Positions 39,876 through 53,635 of a stretch of DNA of 64,000 nucleotides are shown here, one piece after another. The translations under genes and the position numbers were made by a program. The stretch is from Chiloscyllium plagiosum (lineage: Eukaryota): the NCBI RefSeq assembly GCF_004010195.1, contig NC_057755.1:5025643-5089642 (forward strand), written 5' to 3'. Position 1 is the first letter of the stretch; every line of letters begins with the position of its first letter. The notes below the pieces were generated by a model. It was not told where the DNA came from. It did not search any database and saw only the letters and a program-made list of their open reading frames with translations.

Positions 39876-41558
39876 CACCTGACTGTGTGTATGTGTACAT
39901 ATGTGTGTACATATGTATGTTTCTGTGTGTGTTTCTTTGTGTGAGTGTGCATGTTTCTCTGTATGTGTGTATGTGTGTGTTTCTCTGTATGCGCGTGTGT
40001 ACATACATGTGTGCATGTTTCTACGTTTGTGTGTGTGTGTGCATTTTTCTGCTCTGCACCCATTCACAGCAAATTATGGCAACTTAGAAATTTCAGTTTA
40101 TATGCAGAAGATTACTTGGGGGAGGGGAATGGAGTAAACGATATGTGGTGAGAAAGCCCAATTAGAGAGAAAAACAGTTGAACAGAGAAAGGTGAAATTA
40201 ATGACAGAGGACACGAAGGAATGAATGGAACGGCAGTCCCATCGGTGACAGGAACAGAACTTCTCCAAGGTTGACATGCTTGGAAGGGATGTGGCAGTGA
40301 GTTAAATACTATACCGACTTATCACTCACGCCTTACACAATTTCCCCCAAAGCTATCTTCTGCATATAAACCGAAATTGTTCTACTACCATCAGTTCTGA
40401 GGTAGAGTCACTCAATCCGATACGTTAACTCTGATTTCTCCCCACAGATGCTGCGAGACTTGCCGAACATTTCCAATAATTTTTGTTCTTGTTTCAGTCG
40501 TAGGATTGGCGATTGGACCGTCAATATAAAAAAACTTTCCTCATTTCTTCGGATCAAATTATCTCCTGTTCTTGGCATTGGACCAAATTCTGAAAGGGTT
40601 TGCAGAAGGATCAGGAAACAGGTCATCAGAGTCTGCTTAGGGTTTCAAAGAAGACTACTCCATGTGCCATGCCCAATTGCAGCATAACAGAGTGTGCAGA
40701 CGGCCCCACGTGACAGTGTGTTAGCGTGAGGACAGCTGTGATACTTACACCGGAAATTTACATATCTCTACGTGATAGACGCCTCAATGTATAGGGATCA
40801 GGAGGGCAAACTGTCAGGCGTTGAGTTCCCTAACGAGAGAGTTTGAGGAGGAGAGAATTTACAGAAGGGAAGGTAGTTACATTAAGCTTTATAAATCAAA
40901 GCAGGGTGCATATCCCTAAATTCCTTTGCTTACCAAAAGAAAACAAAAATACGATATCAGATTGAAAACGAGCAACTGATCCGTTTGTGTGAGAGATTTG
41001 CAAACCTCTCCGATCGTTTGTTTCTGATGTGCACAGTAACATGTTTGCTGAACGGTCTGACCTTAATTCTCAGATATGTTCACTCATTCAACAGTCCCTC
41101 AACAATTGAAAACCTCGTCTTTTCGTGTTGATACATTGTGGGGCATAGTACAGATTGCGCCTTAAAATTCTAAATGCTTTTGAAAATAGGCCTCTTTTGT
41201 ATACGAAAAACAGAAGTTGCTCAAAAGGTCAGGCAGCACATGCAGAGAGATAGTACAGTTAACATTTCAGGTCCGGTGACCCGTCTTCAGAAATAACTTG
41301 CATGATCTCTCCTTATACAACTGAAGGAATCCGTAAGAAATGACAGAACACAAAAATCAGAAAATGCTGCAGCAACAGTGAAGTTGGGAGTCTCTTTCTG
41401 TGGAGAATTGTAACGAGAATGCTGCTTGATGAATTGTTATCACTGTTCCGGTGTCTGGCAGAACAGTCAGTAACCTGGTGACATTATTTTTCAGAAGGTA
41501 AAACTGGAGAGCAGATCAGCACCAGATTAAAGGAAGTTCAACAATCGTAATAGCACAC

Positions 41559-41625
41559 TAGAGGAGCCCATGAAAGTAAGGCTGGTGTCGAATACTTTCT
41601 AAACTTGATTAGTTGGTCTGAGTAT
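41559..41625 (-). pseudogene. Orphan GPCR exon 1 (paralogous to exon 1 of copy A)
   Basis: 67 nt reading ILRPTNQV*KVFDTSLTFMGSS, then gtgtgc. ATA stands in place of ATG and there is an internal stop. The flanks align with 9560-10710. Confidence 0.7.
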
Positions 41626-42369
41626 TTTTCTGCACGAGATGTTCTGTCCCTTCAGGCAGCTGACAAGCTCCTTGTTTGAACCTCTGAGCTGATACAATCC
41701 CAGAGACTTGCCTTATACTGTGTGAAAGCACCTTGAGGAGATCAAGGTTACAGCATTTCCCAGCTTAATTACTCTTTTTCAAATTTCTTTAAATGAACAA
41801 GTTCATTACAATAACACGTTTAATGCCAAATTATGAAGGAGCTTTGTTGTTCATACATAGTGATGAAATAACAAAAACAGAATCTAGGATCTGCCAGCAA
41901 TAACATTGTCCACTCAAACACCATGAGCTCCGTCCCGAGATTACAAATTATTTCAAACAAAGCTGCATAGAGACAGTTTATTCCAAGTGCAAAAGTATGT
42001 CTCAGCGCTGTCTTTCTGTGTTCTGGTGTAGGAGCTTCCCCATTACACAAGAGCATTTAGTTGATTGAAATGTGATTCCTCTCACACACTGAATGTGCGT
42101 ATTGCTGCCAAGGTCAGCAATTATTCCCGATCCCCCAACACCCCCAGTTGGAGTCAAGGACCAATTGATGAGAACATGCTGCCTTTACAAAGGGGCTGAC
42201 AAACAGCTTTCAAAAGTAAATACATCATTGACTTCACTCTTCTTGTCAATGTTCAACTAGATGCATCTCCGACCTGACCCTTATTTGTATTGCCTATCCG
42301 GATCCATCACTGATCTTGGGATGAATCTATCAGGAAATTATTACCGTTTTAGCTTTCAGTTTTCATGTT

Positions 42370-44190
42370 ATATTAATGTATAAATGAAAAACGATATAAG
42401 AAGAATAGAGTGAGCCCAGCAGGAACACGGACAGTAAGATTCTCACTGAACCTAAGGATATGGCAGACATATTAATAAGTTTTTTTTCATCTGGCTTTAC
42501 CAAATTAATGTTGAACAATTGAGCAGAATAGTGATGGATAATGGAATAGTAATAAAAAGTCCGGCAGCAAACCAGGTAGAGAATTCACCAGACCCAGATT
42601 GGATGCGTCCTGGTTTGCTGAGAGAGGAAAGGGAGCAATTTGCAAAGTTATTGACAGAAATATTCCGGGTCTCTCCGAATATAGGATCAGTCGCAGGGCA
42701 ATGGGGGATTGCAAATGTGGCACCGTTGTTTAATATCAATGGATATACCAATGAGCTACAGCCTGTAAATTTGTCATCAACAGTGGGAAAGGTGGTTGAG
42801 TTCTTTGACGAGAAGAGATAGTCAGTGATTGAGGATCGTCCTGTGGATGCTGTACATTCATACTTTCATAAAGTATGCGATGCAATGCCCCATTTCAGTT
42901 TTGCTCGAAAATTAGAAATGTTTAGCATTGATTGGTCCTTGGCCAATATGGATTAGAAATTAGGTAAATGACAGAAAACGGAGGGTAGATAGAGAAGAAA
43001 ATTTCACAGATTGCTGATCATGGTGGCACAGTGGTTAGCACTGCTGCCTGCCAGTGCCAGAGATCCGTGTTCAATTCCTGCATCAAGCAGCTGTTAGTGT
43101 GGAGTTTACACATTTACCCCCATCTGCGTGCGTTTCCTCTCACAGTCTAAAAATTTGCAGGTGAATTGGCCGTGTCGTGTTAGGTGTAGGGGAATGGGTC
43201 TGGGTTGGTCGGTGTAGACTTGTTGTTCGAAGGGCCTGTTTCCACACTGTAAGTAATCTAATCTAACGATGAGTTTAGATTAATGCTCCCCAGGGTTTGT
43301 TGTTGGGAAATTGCTTTTTCTGATTTGCATAAACAATTTGAAGTTGTACATTGAGGGCAAACTCTCTAAATTTGCAGATAACGCTAAACTGGGGGAATAG
43401 TGAATTGTGAGGGACACGCTGAGTGACTTCAACGAGACAGATGTCAGGAGGATGAATTCCAACAACAGAAAAAGTGAAATGGAGCATTTTGTGAGAAGGA
43501 ACATGGAGAGACAATACAGACTCCATGGTCTAACTTTGAGGGAAGTACAGCAGCAGAGGGACATTCGGGTTTATGTGCATGATTCGTTGAATTTGGTCAG
43601 TCAAGCTGAAAGGGCTATTATGAAAGTCTATACGATCCCAAGGTTTATAAATACATGCAACCAATGTTCAAACAAGGCAGTGTTGCCACACCTCTCCAAA
43701 TTATTTTTCAGACCACATTTGCTACAGTTCTGTGCACTGTATGTAAGGAAAGATGTTAAAGCCCTGGAGAGAGTTCAAAGGAGATTACTGGAATGATCTC
43801 AGGAATGAGGGTGTTTCGACAAAAGGAACAAAAAAAATGAAATTGTGCTTACTCTCATTGGAGTGGGGAAAGATTAGTGGTGACCTTCACGAGGTGTTCA
43901 AAATTGTAAATAATGTTGATAACATAAAGAAGTATATTCTCTTTCCAGCAGTTGGTTTGTCATTAACTGGAGGCCACAACACCAAGATTGTCAGCAAGAT
44001 AGCTATGCGTTAAGTTAGGAGAAGCTTCTTTACTCAAAGCGTTGATAGGATTGGGAATGCACTACCTGGTAGAGTGGTGGAAGCGGATTCTAGCAGAGGG
44101 TTTAAGGAACAGCCGGATATGTATTTGAGGGCGATGTATCTCTGGATGGTTATTGCCGTGTTTGGGATTATGCTGTCTACAGATGGTCCT
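42370..44190 (+). mobile_element. Old CR1-type LINE with a nested SINE (~43018-43265)
   Basis: SPDPDWMRPGLLREERE...WGIANVAPLF; KFADNAKL; DVKALERVQRR. Confidence 0.8.
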
Positions 44191-45069
44191 TTAGAACATA
44201 GAACACTACAGAGCAGTACAGGCCCTTTGGCCCTCGATATTGTGCCACCAATCCTGGGATGTCTCGCATAGCTGTTACACAGTACTGGTTATCTGTGTTG
44301 ACGATTGAGTGATTTACTCTTTGCAGGATTTCACGACATTGATATATTCTAGTGCCTTCATTATCACATCACGGAGAGTTGTGATCAAGCTGAGATCAAC
44401 TGTAATGGCATTGACTAGGGGAACTGGCCGATGGGCTGAATTTCCTGGTCCTGCTTAAACCACGTGATGATTTGCTCTGAAGACATTTGTTCTGGGGTTG
44501 TTTTAGGGTTTTTCCTCACTCTCGGAACCCTCTGCTGTTATCTCCCAAAGGGAAGCTCAGAGTGCACCACGTTGTTGTGTGTATGGGATCATATGTCGGA
44601 TAGCCAGGCAAGGACGATAGATTCCTTTCCCTGGATCAGACTGACACTGTTGACCAGGTCAGAGTTTTATACATATGAATGCTGTCACATGTTACGGCTA
44701 GATTCGCAGCCAATTTGTAAAGATCAGGTAAATAGCAATAACAACAATAATAATGACAACAAAGTAATAACAATGCTGTTGCATTTGCTGTCATATCTAA
44801 CGTGTACATTGTTGCTAGTCCTGATCAGATTTTGAACAGGATACCTTCAATTTCGAGATAGGAAGTAGACAATCTCACTTAGATCCTGTTATTTGATCTA
44901 TGTGCAGCTCATGAGGTAGATTACAGGTAAGAAAGAAACCGAGCAGAACTCGTGAACATAGTTTACAAGAACTCTTAAGTAAAATCCAACAATGATGAAT
45001 TAGTAAGTACCAGTGATCAATGTTAAGATAAGGATCAAGATAGCTGGTGATAATGAGACAGTTGGTAAT

Positions 45070-46685
45070 GTAGCTGCTGAGCAACTGAGCAGGACCGTGA
45101 TAGAAATGAAAAAGACGTCGACAAAGGCTGTAATCATTCTTGGATGAGAAATCGCCAGGCCCAGTTGGGATGCATCCTGGATTGCTGAGAGTGGTAAGGG
45201 AACAATTTGCAAAATCATTGACAGAAGTTTTACATGCCTCACTGGAACACAGGATTAATCCCAGGGGACTGGAAGATTGCAAGTGTTTCACCATTGTTTA
45301 AGAGAAGGGCAAAAGATAACTCAGGAAGTTACATAAGTCTCAGCATAGCTTCAAAACTGGGGTACGGGTGGAGACCATGATACAGGATAAGGTGAAAAAA
45401 CGCTTGGAGAAAAATAAGTTAATACCAGACAATCAACATGGCATTTTCAAGGGCGAGACATGTCTGATAAATTTAATGGAATTCGTTGTCGGGATCAAAG
45501 GAGTGGATGAGGGCTATGCTCTGGATTTTACAAAATTGAACTTTCTGAAAGCATTTCATTTGATTGCTCATGGCAGCTTGGTGAGCAAATTAGAATTGTT
45601 TGGGATTGACGGGTCCTTCACAGCACAAGCTAGAATTTGGCTAAAAGATAGGTAACAGAGGATAGCTATAGACGGACACTTCTCAGTCATAAGACGAGTT
45701 GAAAGCAGTATTCCCAGGCATCAGTGTTGGGACGCTTGCTTTTCCTGAGTTGGTGTAGGTATTGAGGGCAAACCCTTTAAATTTGCAGATGATACTAAGT
45801 TGACAAGAACAGGAAATTTTCAGGATGGCCCTGGGAATCTTGAGTGGGACATTGACACTTTGGCCAATTTAGTAGACTCCTGCACTTTAATTTCAATGTA
45901 GAGAGATATGAAATGATGCATTTTTGTAGAAGAAAAGAACAGAGAGACAATACAGTCTCAATGGAACAAACTTGAGGGGAGTACAGGAGCAGAGAGATAT
46001 CCGGAATAAAGTGGATAATTTCCTGAAAGTGGCAAGGGAAGTGGAAACAGTTGTTAAGAATGTTTATGGGATCCTTGGGTTTATAAACGGGGTAGAGAGT
46101 ATAAAAACAAGCCAGATATTCTATACCGTAAAAATGATTGGTCAGGCCACATTTCGAATATTGCATTCAGCTCTGGAACCTTACTTAGGAAGGATGTTGA
46201 AAACTACAGAGAGATGTCAAAGGAGATTTACTTGAATGATACCAGGAAGGAGGGATTTAAATACAAGTTGACAGAAACTGGATGTATTCTCCTTGGAGCA
46301 GAGAAGATTAAGAGAAGAGCTTATTGATTTATTCAAACTATGAACAATTTTGACAGGGTAAAGAAGGATATTCCGTTTCCACTGGTTAGAATGTCAGTAA
46401 CGTGAGTTCACAAAGTCAAGATAGTCAACACGGCACTGAGATGAGGAGTGACTTCTGAACTCAGAGAGTTGCCAGCATTTGGATTGTGTTGCCGAGGAGA
46501 TTGGTGGAGGGATATTCTTTTGATGTTTCGAAATATAGTAGGGTATATATTTCAAAATGATGAATTAGGGGGCTACAGAGATAGGATTGGAGAGTGGGAC
46601 TAACTGTGTAGCTCTGCCTGGAACTCGTACGGTCACGATGGGTTGAAGGACATCCATCTCTCCTGCAAAATTGTATGATTTTCTT
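45070..46685 (+). mobile_element. Old CR1-type LINE ORF2 3' half
   Basis: DNQHGIFKGETCLINLMEF; KFADDTK; GVQEQRDI. Confidence 0.85.
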
Positions 46686-46899
46686 GCAATTTCTGAGGAC
46701 TGCTTGATAATCCTTTTCAAAATAGGCAGACATGATCAGTTTTGGCAGTGTGAAGCGCAATATTCATGGGTAGAGACCATTATAATAGAATTGGTTCCCA
46801 CTAATTCCGCAGAGTTATAGATTAAGGGATGTCACTTTGCAAAGAATTAATCATAACTCTGTTCATGTCTGTGTGGTTCATGGAGACCAACAAGCAACG

Positions 46900-47130
46900 T
46901 CCGAAAAAACATGTTTACAGAAATCTTTCAGCTCGGCTATGCGTTTTACAGAGACACTGTTGGGTGCAGTATCATTCCTTTTCCAATCACCAATGCGGAC
47001 AATCAGAACAACGCCAAATTGCATTTCAGGGAAACCTTGGAAGCATCCTTGTGGAGCTCGACGTGACCATGGAGAACCGGGCAGAGAACACGTCCACTGG
47101 ATTCCAAACTATACAAGACGAGTACTAATT
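46900..47130 (+). mobile_element. Possible RTE-clade LINE C-terminal relic
   Basis: KLHFRETLEASL resembles the RTE motif KRFKDTLKASL. The match is short and decayed. Confidence 0.35.
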
Positions 47131-47576
47131 GGTGAGGATGTTCATTTCGAGTTTGCTATTCGATTGAGTCACTGACCCCACTGAAAGAATAGTTTTTTTG
47201 AATAATCAGATAGAACGCAAAAAAAGTTTCCTGACCTGGCAGGAAATATGCGAACAGCCAGGTCAGTTAAGTTGTTTATTCCCAAACTTGGCTGCTGTCC
47301 CACCCCGAGTCTGACATCCATTCCGCATCATCACCATCTACAGTTGGTGTCAATCTCATTTTGCTCATCAGGACACCAATGCTGATGGTGATCCGTTGAT
47401 GAAGGTTTATGGTAATTATAACATTCATGCAGTAGAACCACCTGGACTCATTTCTGGTCTGCCCTTGAATTACATTTGTTTCGATATTTTCTTCGGAGAT
47501 GTTACTCAAAACATCTGGAGCAGGTTGGATTGATGTCGTCCTCCTTTCTCAGAGTTAGGGACACCACAAGAGCCCC

Positions 47577-48475
47577 CTAGCATATTTTCTGTTTATTGAT
47601 TAGCAGAATAATTGGTGTGAATAGATACATAACAGTACTCTGCAACTGCTCTCTGAACCTGGACTGAGTCGCCGTGTAAATAAAAGTGTTTGTGCAGCAA
47701 TTGATGTTCTGCAGAATATACCCAACTTGTTCAAAAATATAAAATGACGTATTGTCAAAGTAAGATGAAATTTTAAAGCAATATAGAACATATACAAGCC
47801 ACAAAAGTATGAAGCTTCCGGAAATGGCGAAGAGTAAAATCACAGATTTCCTTCTGCTCTGCATTTCTGGGTCACTGGTATTCTTGCCCTTGTGGACACT
47901 CCTCAGTCCTTGTCGGACTCGACTTGTCAATAAAATGTGTCTGACAGTCAGTGCGTTGAACAATATCATTAACACAAATGGGGGTATTGGCGTTAAAATT
48001 GTATCAAATTGAGAAAATGCTAACCACCCAGGCTCAGTATGAAAACTGGGCTTCACAGAGCAGAACCATGGTACATTGTCAATTAATTCTGCAGGTTCAT
48101 ATACAAAGTAGAAAGGAATATTTTTCAATAATAGCAAAATGAATGTCATTGCAAGAACAAAACCTGCAGTTTTTTCTGTGCAATATTTGATTTTCTTCTT
48201 CTGGCAGCAGATGAACATAAATCGATCAAAGCAGAAAGTGACAGTGAACCAGACCGAACAATCTGTGGCTGCACAACTGAGGACACTGAGAATGCTACAT
48301 ACAGGGGTCATGTCCAAGAAACACAGTGGGAAATAATAGCCATTCATGTGTCTCAATATAACTTAAATGATAATGAGCAGTAGATCCGCCACTGCCATAG
48401 TAACGAGGTAACACGTGATGCAGTTGCTAAGACCACACTTTCCCCGAGACAGGATTGTAATGGCCGTGATATTGA
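47577..48475 (-). pseudogene. GPR139/142-like GPCR copy D, exon 2 (single premature stop)
   Basis: AG acceptor at 48477-48476, then (V)NITAITILSRGKCGLSNCITCYLVTMAVADLLLIII*VILRH, continuing into the 259-aa ORF (DCSVWFTVTFCFDRF, NALTVRHI, DPEMQSRRKS, NCCTNTFIYTATQSRFREQ). The only lesion I see is TAA at 48363-48365. Confidence 0.92.
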
Positions 48476-48629
48476 CTGCAAAAGCAGGAGATGAAAGAAA
48501 GGAAATTAATCAGAAACACATTTCCTTTCATGAGCCTAGACATTTTGTGTTGAATGTAGCACCCATAAACAAAACATTGAACGTGATCAGATGTTTAGGA
48601 ATGTCAGTCAATCGTTCACATCTTCTCAA

Positions 48630-48951
48630 TTAGATTAGATTAGATTAGATTACTTACAGTGTGGAAACAGGCCCTTCGGCCCAACAAGTCCACACCGCCC
48701 TGCCGAAGCGCAACCCACCCATACCCCTACATTTACCCCTTACCTAACACTACGGACAATTTAGCATGGCCAATTCACCTGGCCTGCACATCTTTGGACT
48801 ATGGGAGGAAACCGGAGCACCCGGAGGAAACCCATGCAGACACGGGGAGAATGTGCAAACTCCACACAGTCAGTTGCCTGAGGTGGGAATTGAACCCGGG
48901 TCTCTGGCGCTGTGAGGCAGCAGTGCTAACCACTGTGCCACCGTGCCGCCC
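48630..48951 (-). mobile_element. Full-length young tRNA-derived SINE (HE1-like) in the intron of copy D
   Basis: 5' GGGCGGCACGGTGGCACAGTGGTTAGC (A box), GGTTCAATTCC (B box) and a (TCTAA)4 tail. Confidence 0.92.
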
Positions 48952-51178
48952 TAATGACCTGTTTGGATTATGAATTGAATTAGGTGAGGGAGAGTTTAGC
49001 GCATCACCATGGGAGGGGGAACACATAATTTTTATGTAGACTTCCCTGAATAAAACAATTATTATAGTATTAACATTCAAGTCACCATAGTCTTACCAGA
49101 CCATTGAGGTGCGCTCTCACGACAGAGAGAGATGACTGGTGGTGATTTAACCTTAGCGCCACCAAGCGTCAGGTGAGTGAAGAGACTGGGACGGTGATCG
49201 CTTCATGTTAATCTCAGCTAGTGATGGTAATTCCAAGGGTACAGAGATTTAAGGAAAGGGTGCAAGTTAAAACAAGTATATCTGATCGTGGGTGTAGGGG
49301 TATGCAGGAAAGTACATAAACACCGAAACACAAAAACAAACATTAGGAGCAGGTATATACCATTTTGCCCTTTGACCCCGGGCAGTCATTCAATATGATC
49401 ATGCATGATTACCCAACTCAGTCCCCTGTTCCTTCATAACCATCAATATCTATTTGTTTCTACGATTCAAGGTTTATAATCCAACGCTTTCTTGAAACCA
49501 CACAATCTTTAGGTCTTCAATGATTTATCTAGTAATGAATGGCACAGGCTGTGGAGGAAGAAATTTTTTATCATCTCAATCCTGTATGTTTTACCGTGTA
49601 TCTTTAATCTGTGACCTCTGGATCTCCATTCCATGGTCACTGGGAACGTCCTTCTTGTGTTTATTGTGAACAGTCCTGTCAGGAATTTACAATGTCCTAT
49701 GCTAGTTCCCTCTAATTAATCTGAACGCCAGCAAATACAAAACGATCTGACTATTCTTGAGTGGAAGGCAAGGTTGATTTAATGAAGTCAAGTGTATGAA
49801 AAGTCTTTTAAATAAAGATACTGCAGATGGTCTGAAATGAAGGAGAAATTCTTAGAGAAGAGAAACCAGGAGGTGCCCAGAGACGATCGGTTCTCATGGG
49901 AAATTCTCCAGTGTGCCAAAAAAAACAATTCTACACGAGAGTGTGGACCATAGGAGTGTAGGAAATATCTCTCAAGTCTGTTTCACCATTCAATAGTGAA
50001 CTTATCGTCTAATTTCACGTGTCTGCCTTTAGCCCATATTCATTTAAACGCATGGTTCATGAATATATATCTAACTCAGACTGAAAATTTAGAACATCTG
50101 TTTGTCTAAGAGAGTTTCCAAACTTCTACCAGCCATTGTGTGTCAAAATGCTCCTGAACGTTCGTCCTGATTGGTCTGGCTATCATTCTCACACTATAAC
50201 CCTAGTTCCGAATCACCAAACATTGTAAGTAGTTTATGGTTATCCACCCTGTCTTTTTCCGTTATTATCTAGAAAGAGACTTTGATCAGGTCATGCCTTC
50301 ATGTTCTAAATTCCAGAGGACACAGACTTAATTTCTATAATATCTCCTCGTAACTGAACCCTGGAACAATACGTAGATATCGTTCTTGCAGACCTACGTT
50401 TTCATCTTTCCAAGTGCAATCTATCCTTCCTAAGGTCTGGTCCTCAGATCTGCCCACTGTGCTCAAAATAGGGTCTAACCACTCTGTCTATTTACAACAG
50501 CCTTCAGTTGGCTCCCTCCACCACTAACTCTGCGTTCTGTCATCGCAGCCCAGGCACACAAGAACCTGCCAACATTTCTTCAACACCTACTGCCTCTGAC
50601 CTAAGTATTTCCCTTTCGCAGTACATTCTGGCCCTGAAAATGCCAGGCACAAGTCTCAGAATCTTACAGGGTAGATCCTTTAACAGATATAAAAGCGCAG
50701 AGGTCCTTCACTCAGGGTTACAGTGGAAAGTTTCATGAGTACTCGACCAAGCTCATATACACGACACAGCAGAATAAGAAAATCATGACTGTTGACCATG
50801 TAAGAACTTAAGCCAAATAATGAGAGAGGAATTTAACGGGAAGAGTGACTGAAGGGATCAAAGCCATTAAGTGTCAAGTGGAGAGTGATTCAGTGTAGGA
50901 CGATCAGTGTTACCTTACCCAGAAATAGCCTTTCGCTGTCTGTCCGGATACAATGGAATACAGGAAGAGAATGAGGAGGCTTTGAACGGATAATGTAAGC
51001 AATTAGGATGGAGTTTAAAATCTAGTTCTCAATCGTCATAATATCAGGATTACTTCCGATGCCATATGCTAATAAGAGTGGGAATATGGGGATCGTCCAG
51101 ATGAATGCATGACTGAGGAGCTGTTGCAGGCGAGAAGGATTTATGTTTTATTGAAATCTCTTCTGGGGTAGAAGTGCT

Positions 51179-51500
51179 GGGGCGGCATGGTGGCTCAGTG
51201 GTTAGCACTGCTGCCTCCCAGTGCCAGCGTCCCAGGATCGATTCCAGCCGCGGGCGTCTGTCTGTATGGAGTTTGCACGTTCTCACGTTCTCCCCGTGTC
51301 TGTTTGGGTGTTCTCCATAGTCCAAAGATGTGCAGGCCAGGTGAATTGGTCATGCTAAATTGCGCATAGTCTTAGGGGCATTAGTCAAGGATAATGTAGG
51401 ATAAGGGAATGGGTCTGGTGAGTTACTCTTCGGAGATCGGTGTGGACTTGTTGGGCTGAAGGGCCTGCTTCCACACTGTAAGGAATCTAACCTAATCTGA
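51179..51500 (+). mobile_element. tRNA-derived SINE inserted in a CR1 ORF1 relic
   Basis: A box TGGCTCAGTGG, B box GATCGATTCC and a TCTAA tail. The flanks resemble 63170-63240. Confidence 0.85.
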
Positions 51501-52504
51501 CCTGATTGGAAGGACAATTCGACCTGAACTAGAAGGGAACCAATGTCATGGTGGGGAGATTTGCAAGAGCTGCTTGAGTAGACTTAAACTCAATAATTGG
51601 TAAGAGGTCGGGGGGGATGGGTTGAGGAAGTGATCGTGAGAAAAGTGCTAAGTCTGTGGCTGGTACTGTTGAGAAGAGGAGCACGTTAAATCGTTAAGTC
51701 AGGAAGGAAAAAGGACAGCGCACGTTTTAATACTGATAAATCACACTTCCTTCATCATAATATAAGACATCTGACAGGTAAGGCAGATGCACACAGTGTG
51801 GCTGGGTACATGGGACTGGGAGCATCACAGGAATTTTAGAAACATGGTTGAAAGCAGGGCAAGATTGAAAGGCGAACAGAGCCACAACAGTTTGGAAGGG
51901 TTCTATGATTACTGATAAATCAATGATTACTATCACTCACATCTTCAAGGTGTGGTATTTTGTATTGCTATGAATTCAAATATACTGGGACTTTACCACA
52001 CTCGCATCTACAGTGTGTTACACAAGTGCTTGGAATCACCTGAGCCAGCCAGCTAGTGCTTCCAGTTAAACCTGTTTGTCTGTAACCCGGTGTTGCGCAA
52101 TTATTAATTTTGTACACCCCAATCCAACACCAGCTCCTCCTCATCATGGCTACTGAACACAATGATGTTCGAATAGTGATTTCCTCCAAAGAGTGGCCAT
52201 TTGACCAAATGATCCAGTTGGTGAATTAACTTTAAAAACTTGCACGGTGGCACAGGATCTGAATAATACATGGAATTCTCTCCATGTTAGGAAGCACACG
52301 CAGTATGTTTTAACATTACATTGTGTTCTTCCTTCGCCTGGGCAATTGTCCACAAATCAAAAGTCCACAGTGCTGCTAGGTGTCGAAGTTTCGGAAAATT
52401 GGTCAAGTGTGTGATACACAAGATCAGATCATCAGAAATTGAAATCAAGCAAAACAGTAGAGTTAATCTAGAGAGATTATCTTTCAGGATACAGCAAATA
52501 AATG

Positions 52505-52730
52505 GGAATGCTGGATATCTGAAACAAAAACTGAAGCTGTGGGAAAATCTCGGCATGTCTGGCAGAATCGATGGTGAGAGAGAAACCAGAATTAACGTTT
52601 CGAGTCAAGTGTCACTTGTTCAGAACTCAAAGAAAGATCCTGATGCAGTGTCACTGGACTCGAAATGTTAACTCTGCTTTCTCTCTCTCCACAGACACGT
52701 ACAGACTTGCTGGGTTTTCCACACATTCTG
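52505..52730. mobile_element. Decayed Penelope-derived palindrome
   Basis: Opposed arms ...gagagaaaccagaattaacgtttcgagtc / gactcgaaatgttaactctgctttctctc with eroded CTGAnGA/GAAA boxes. Confidence 0.65.
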
Positions 52731-52799
52731 CTTGTGTTACTTGTTTGCTTAAATTCTTTGTTATGACTCAGAAAAAGTTTCAAGTTGGCTCAGTTAGAT

Positions 52800-53120
52800 T
52801 GGACAGCGAGATGGATCAGTGCTTAGCACTGCTGCCTCATAGCGCCAGGGACCCAATTACATCCTCGGGCTACTGTGTGTGTGGACATTCTCCCCGTGTC
52901 TGCACGGGTATCTTTCGCCTGCTCCCGTTTCCTCCCACAGTCGAAAGATATGCAGGTTGGGAGGCTTGGCTTGCTAAATGGCCCAAAGTGTCCAGGTGGA
53001 TTAGCTGTGGGAAATGCAGCGTGATCGGGATAGATTGGGGGTTAATCTGACCGCCATGCACTTTGGTGAGTCTCTGTGGATGTGTTGGGCCGAATGGCCT
53101 GTTTCCACACTGCAAGGAAT
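52800..53120 (+). mobile_element. tRNA-derived SINE, decayed
   Basis: Homologous to 51179-51500. Confidence 0.75.
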
Positions 53121-53635
53121 CGGTAGAATTTCTGGTTTATAATGTCGAGGTATATCAGAACAGTGAGCTCAATTCCCTGTCCTGTCTGAGGTTACTACGA
53201 AGTACTTTCCTCTTCAATCTCTCCCCTTACCTCAGATATAGTGAGCATTGGGTTCAAACACTACCAGACAACTCTCTCTCCCTCAAGTGAAATAACAGCT
53301 CGTATCTTTGGTGAGAACATGCTGATTAGCACTGAACAAGATCATGAAATAATACATCAATATGTGACTGACCATGAATCCGACAACAAAGACAGTAATC
53401 AAGTAAAAGCTGAAAGAACTGCGGACGCTGGAAATGACAAACTAAAACGGAAAATGTTGGAAAACTCAGCAGGTCTGGCAGCAGCTGTAGAGAGAAAGCA
53501 GGGAATACGTTAAGTTTGATTTCTGTCGCAGGTGCTGCCAAACCTGCAGAGATCTTCCAGCAGTTTCTGTTTTAGTAAAAGCAGTAACCAGTTCGCCAAT
53601 AGATTCACAAACCTTAACCAAATATTGTTACTTAC

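Noticed and set aside
44487..44958. Opposed peptides CSGVVLGFFLT (+) and CSRVLLGFFLT (-)
   Set aside because: Similarity does not extend beyond 11 codons and nucleotide identity is low. Treated as chance.
48870..48951. tRNA gene
   Set aside because: The A/B boxes belong to a SINE head followed by SINE body and tail.
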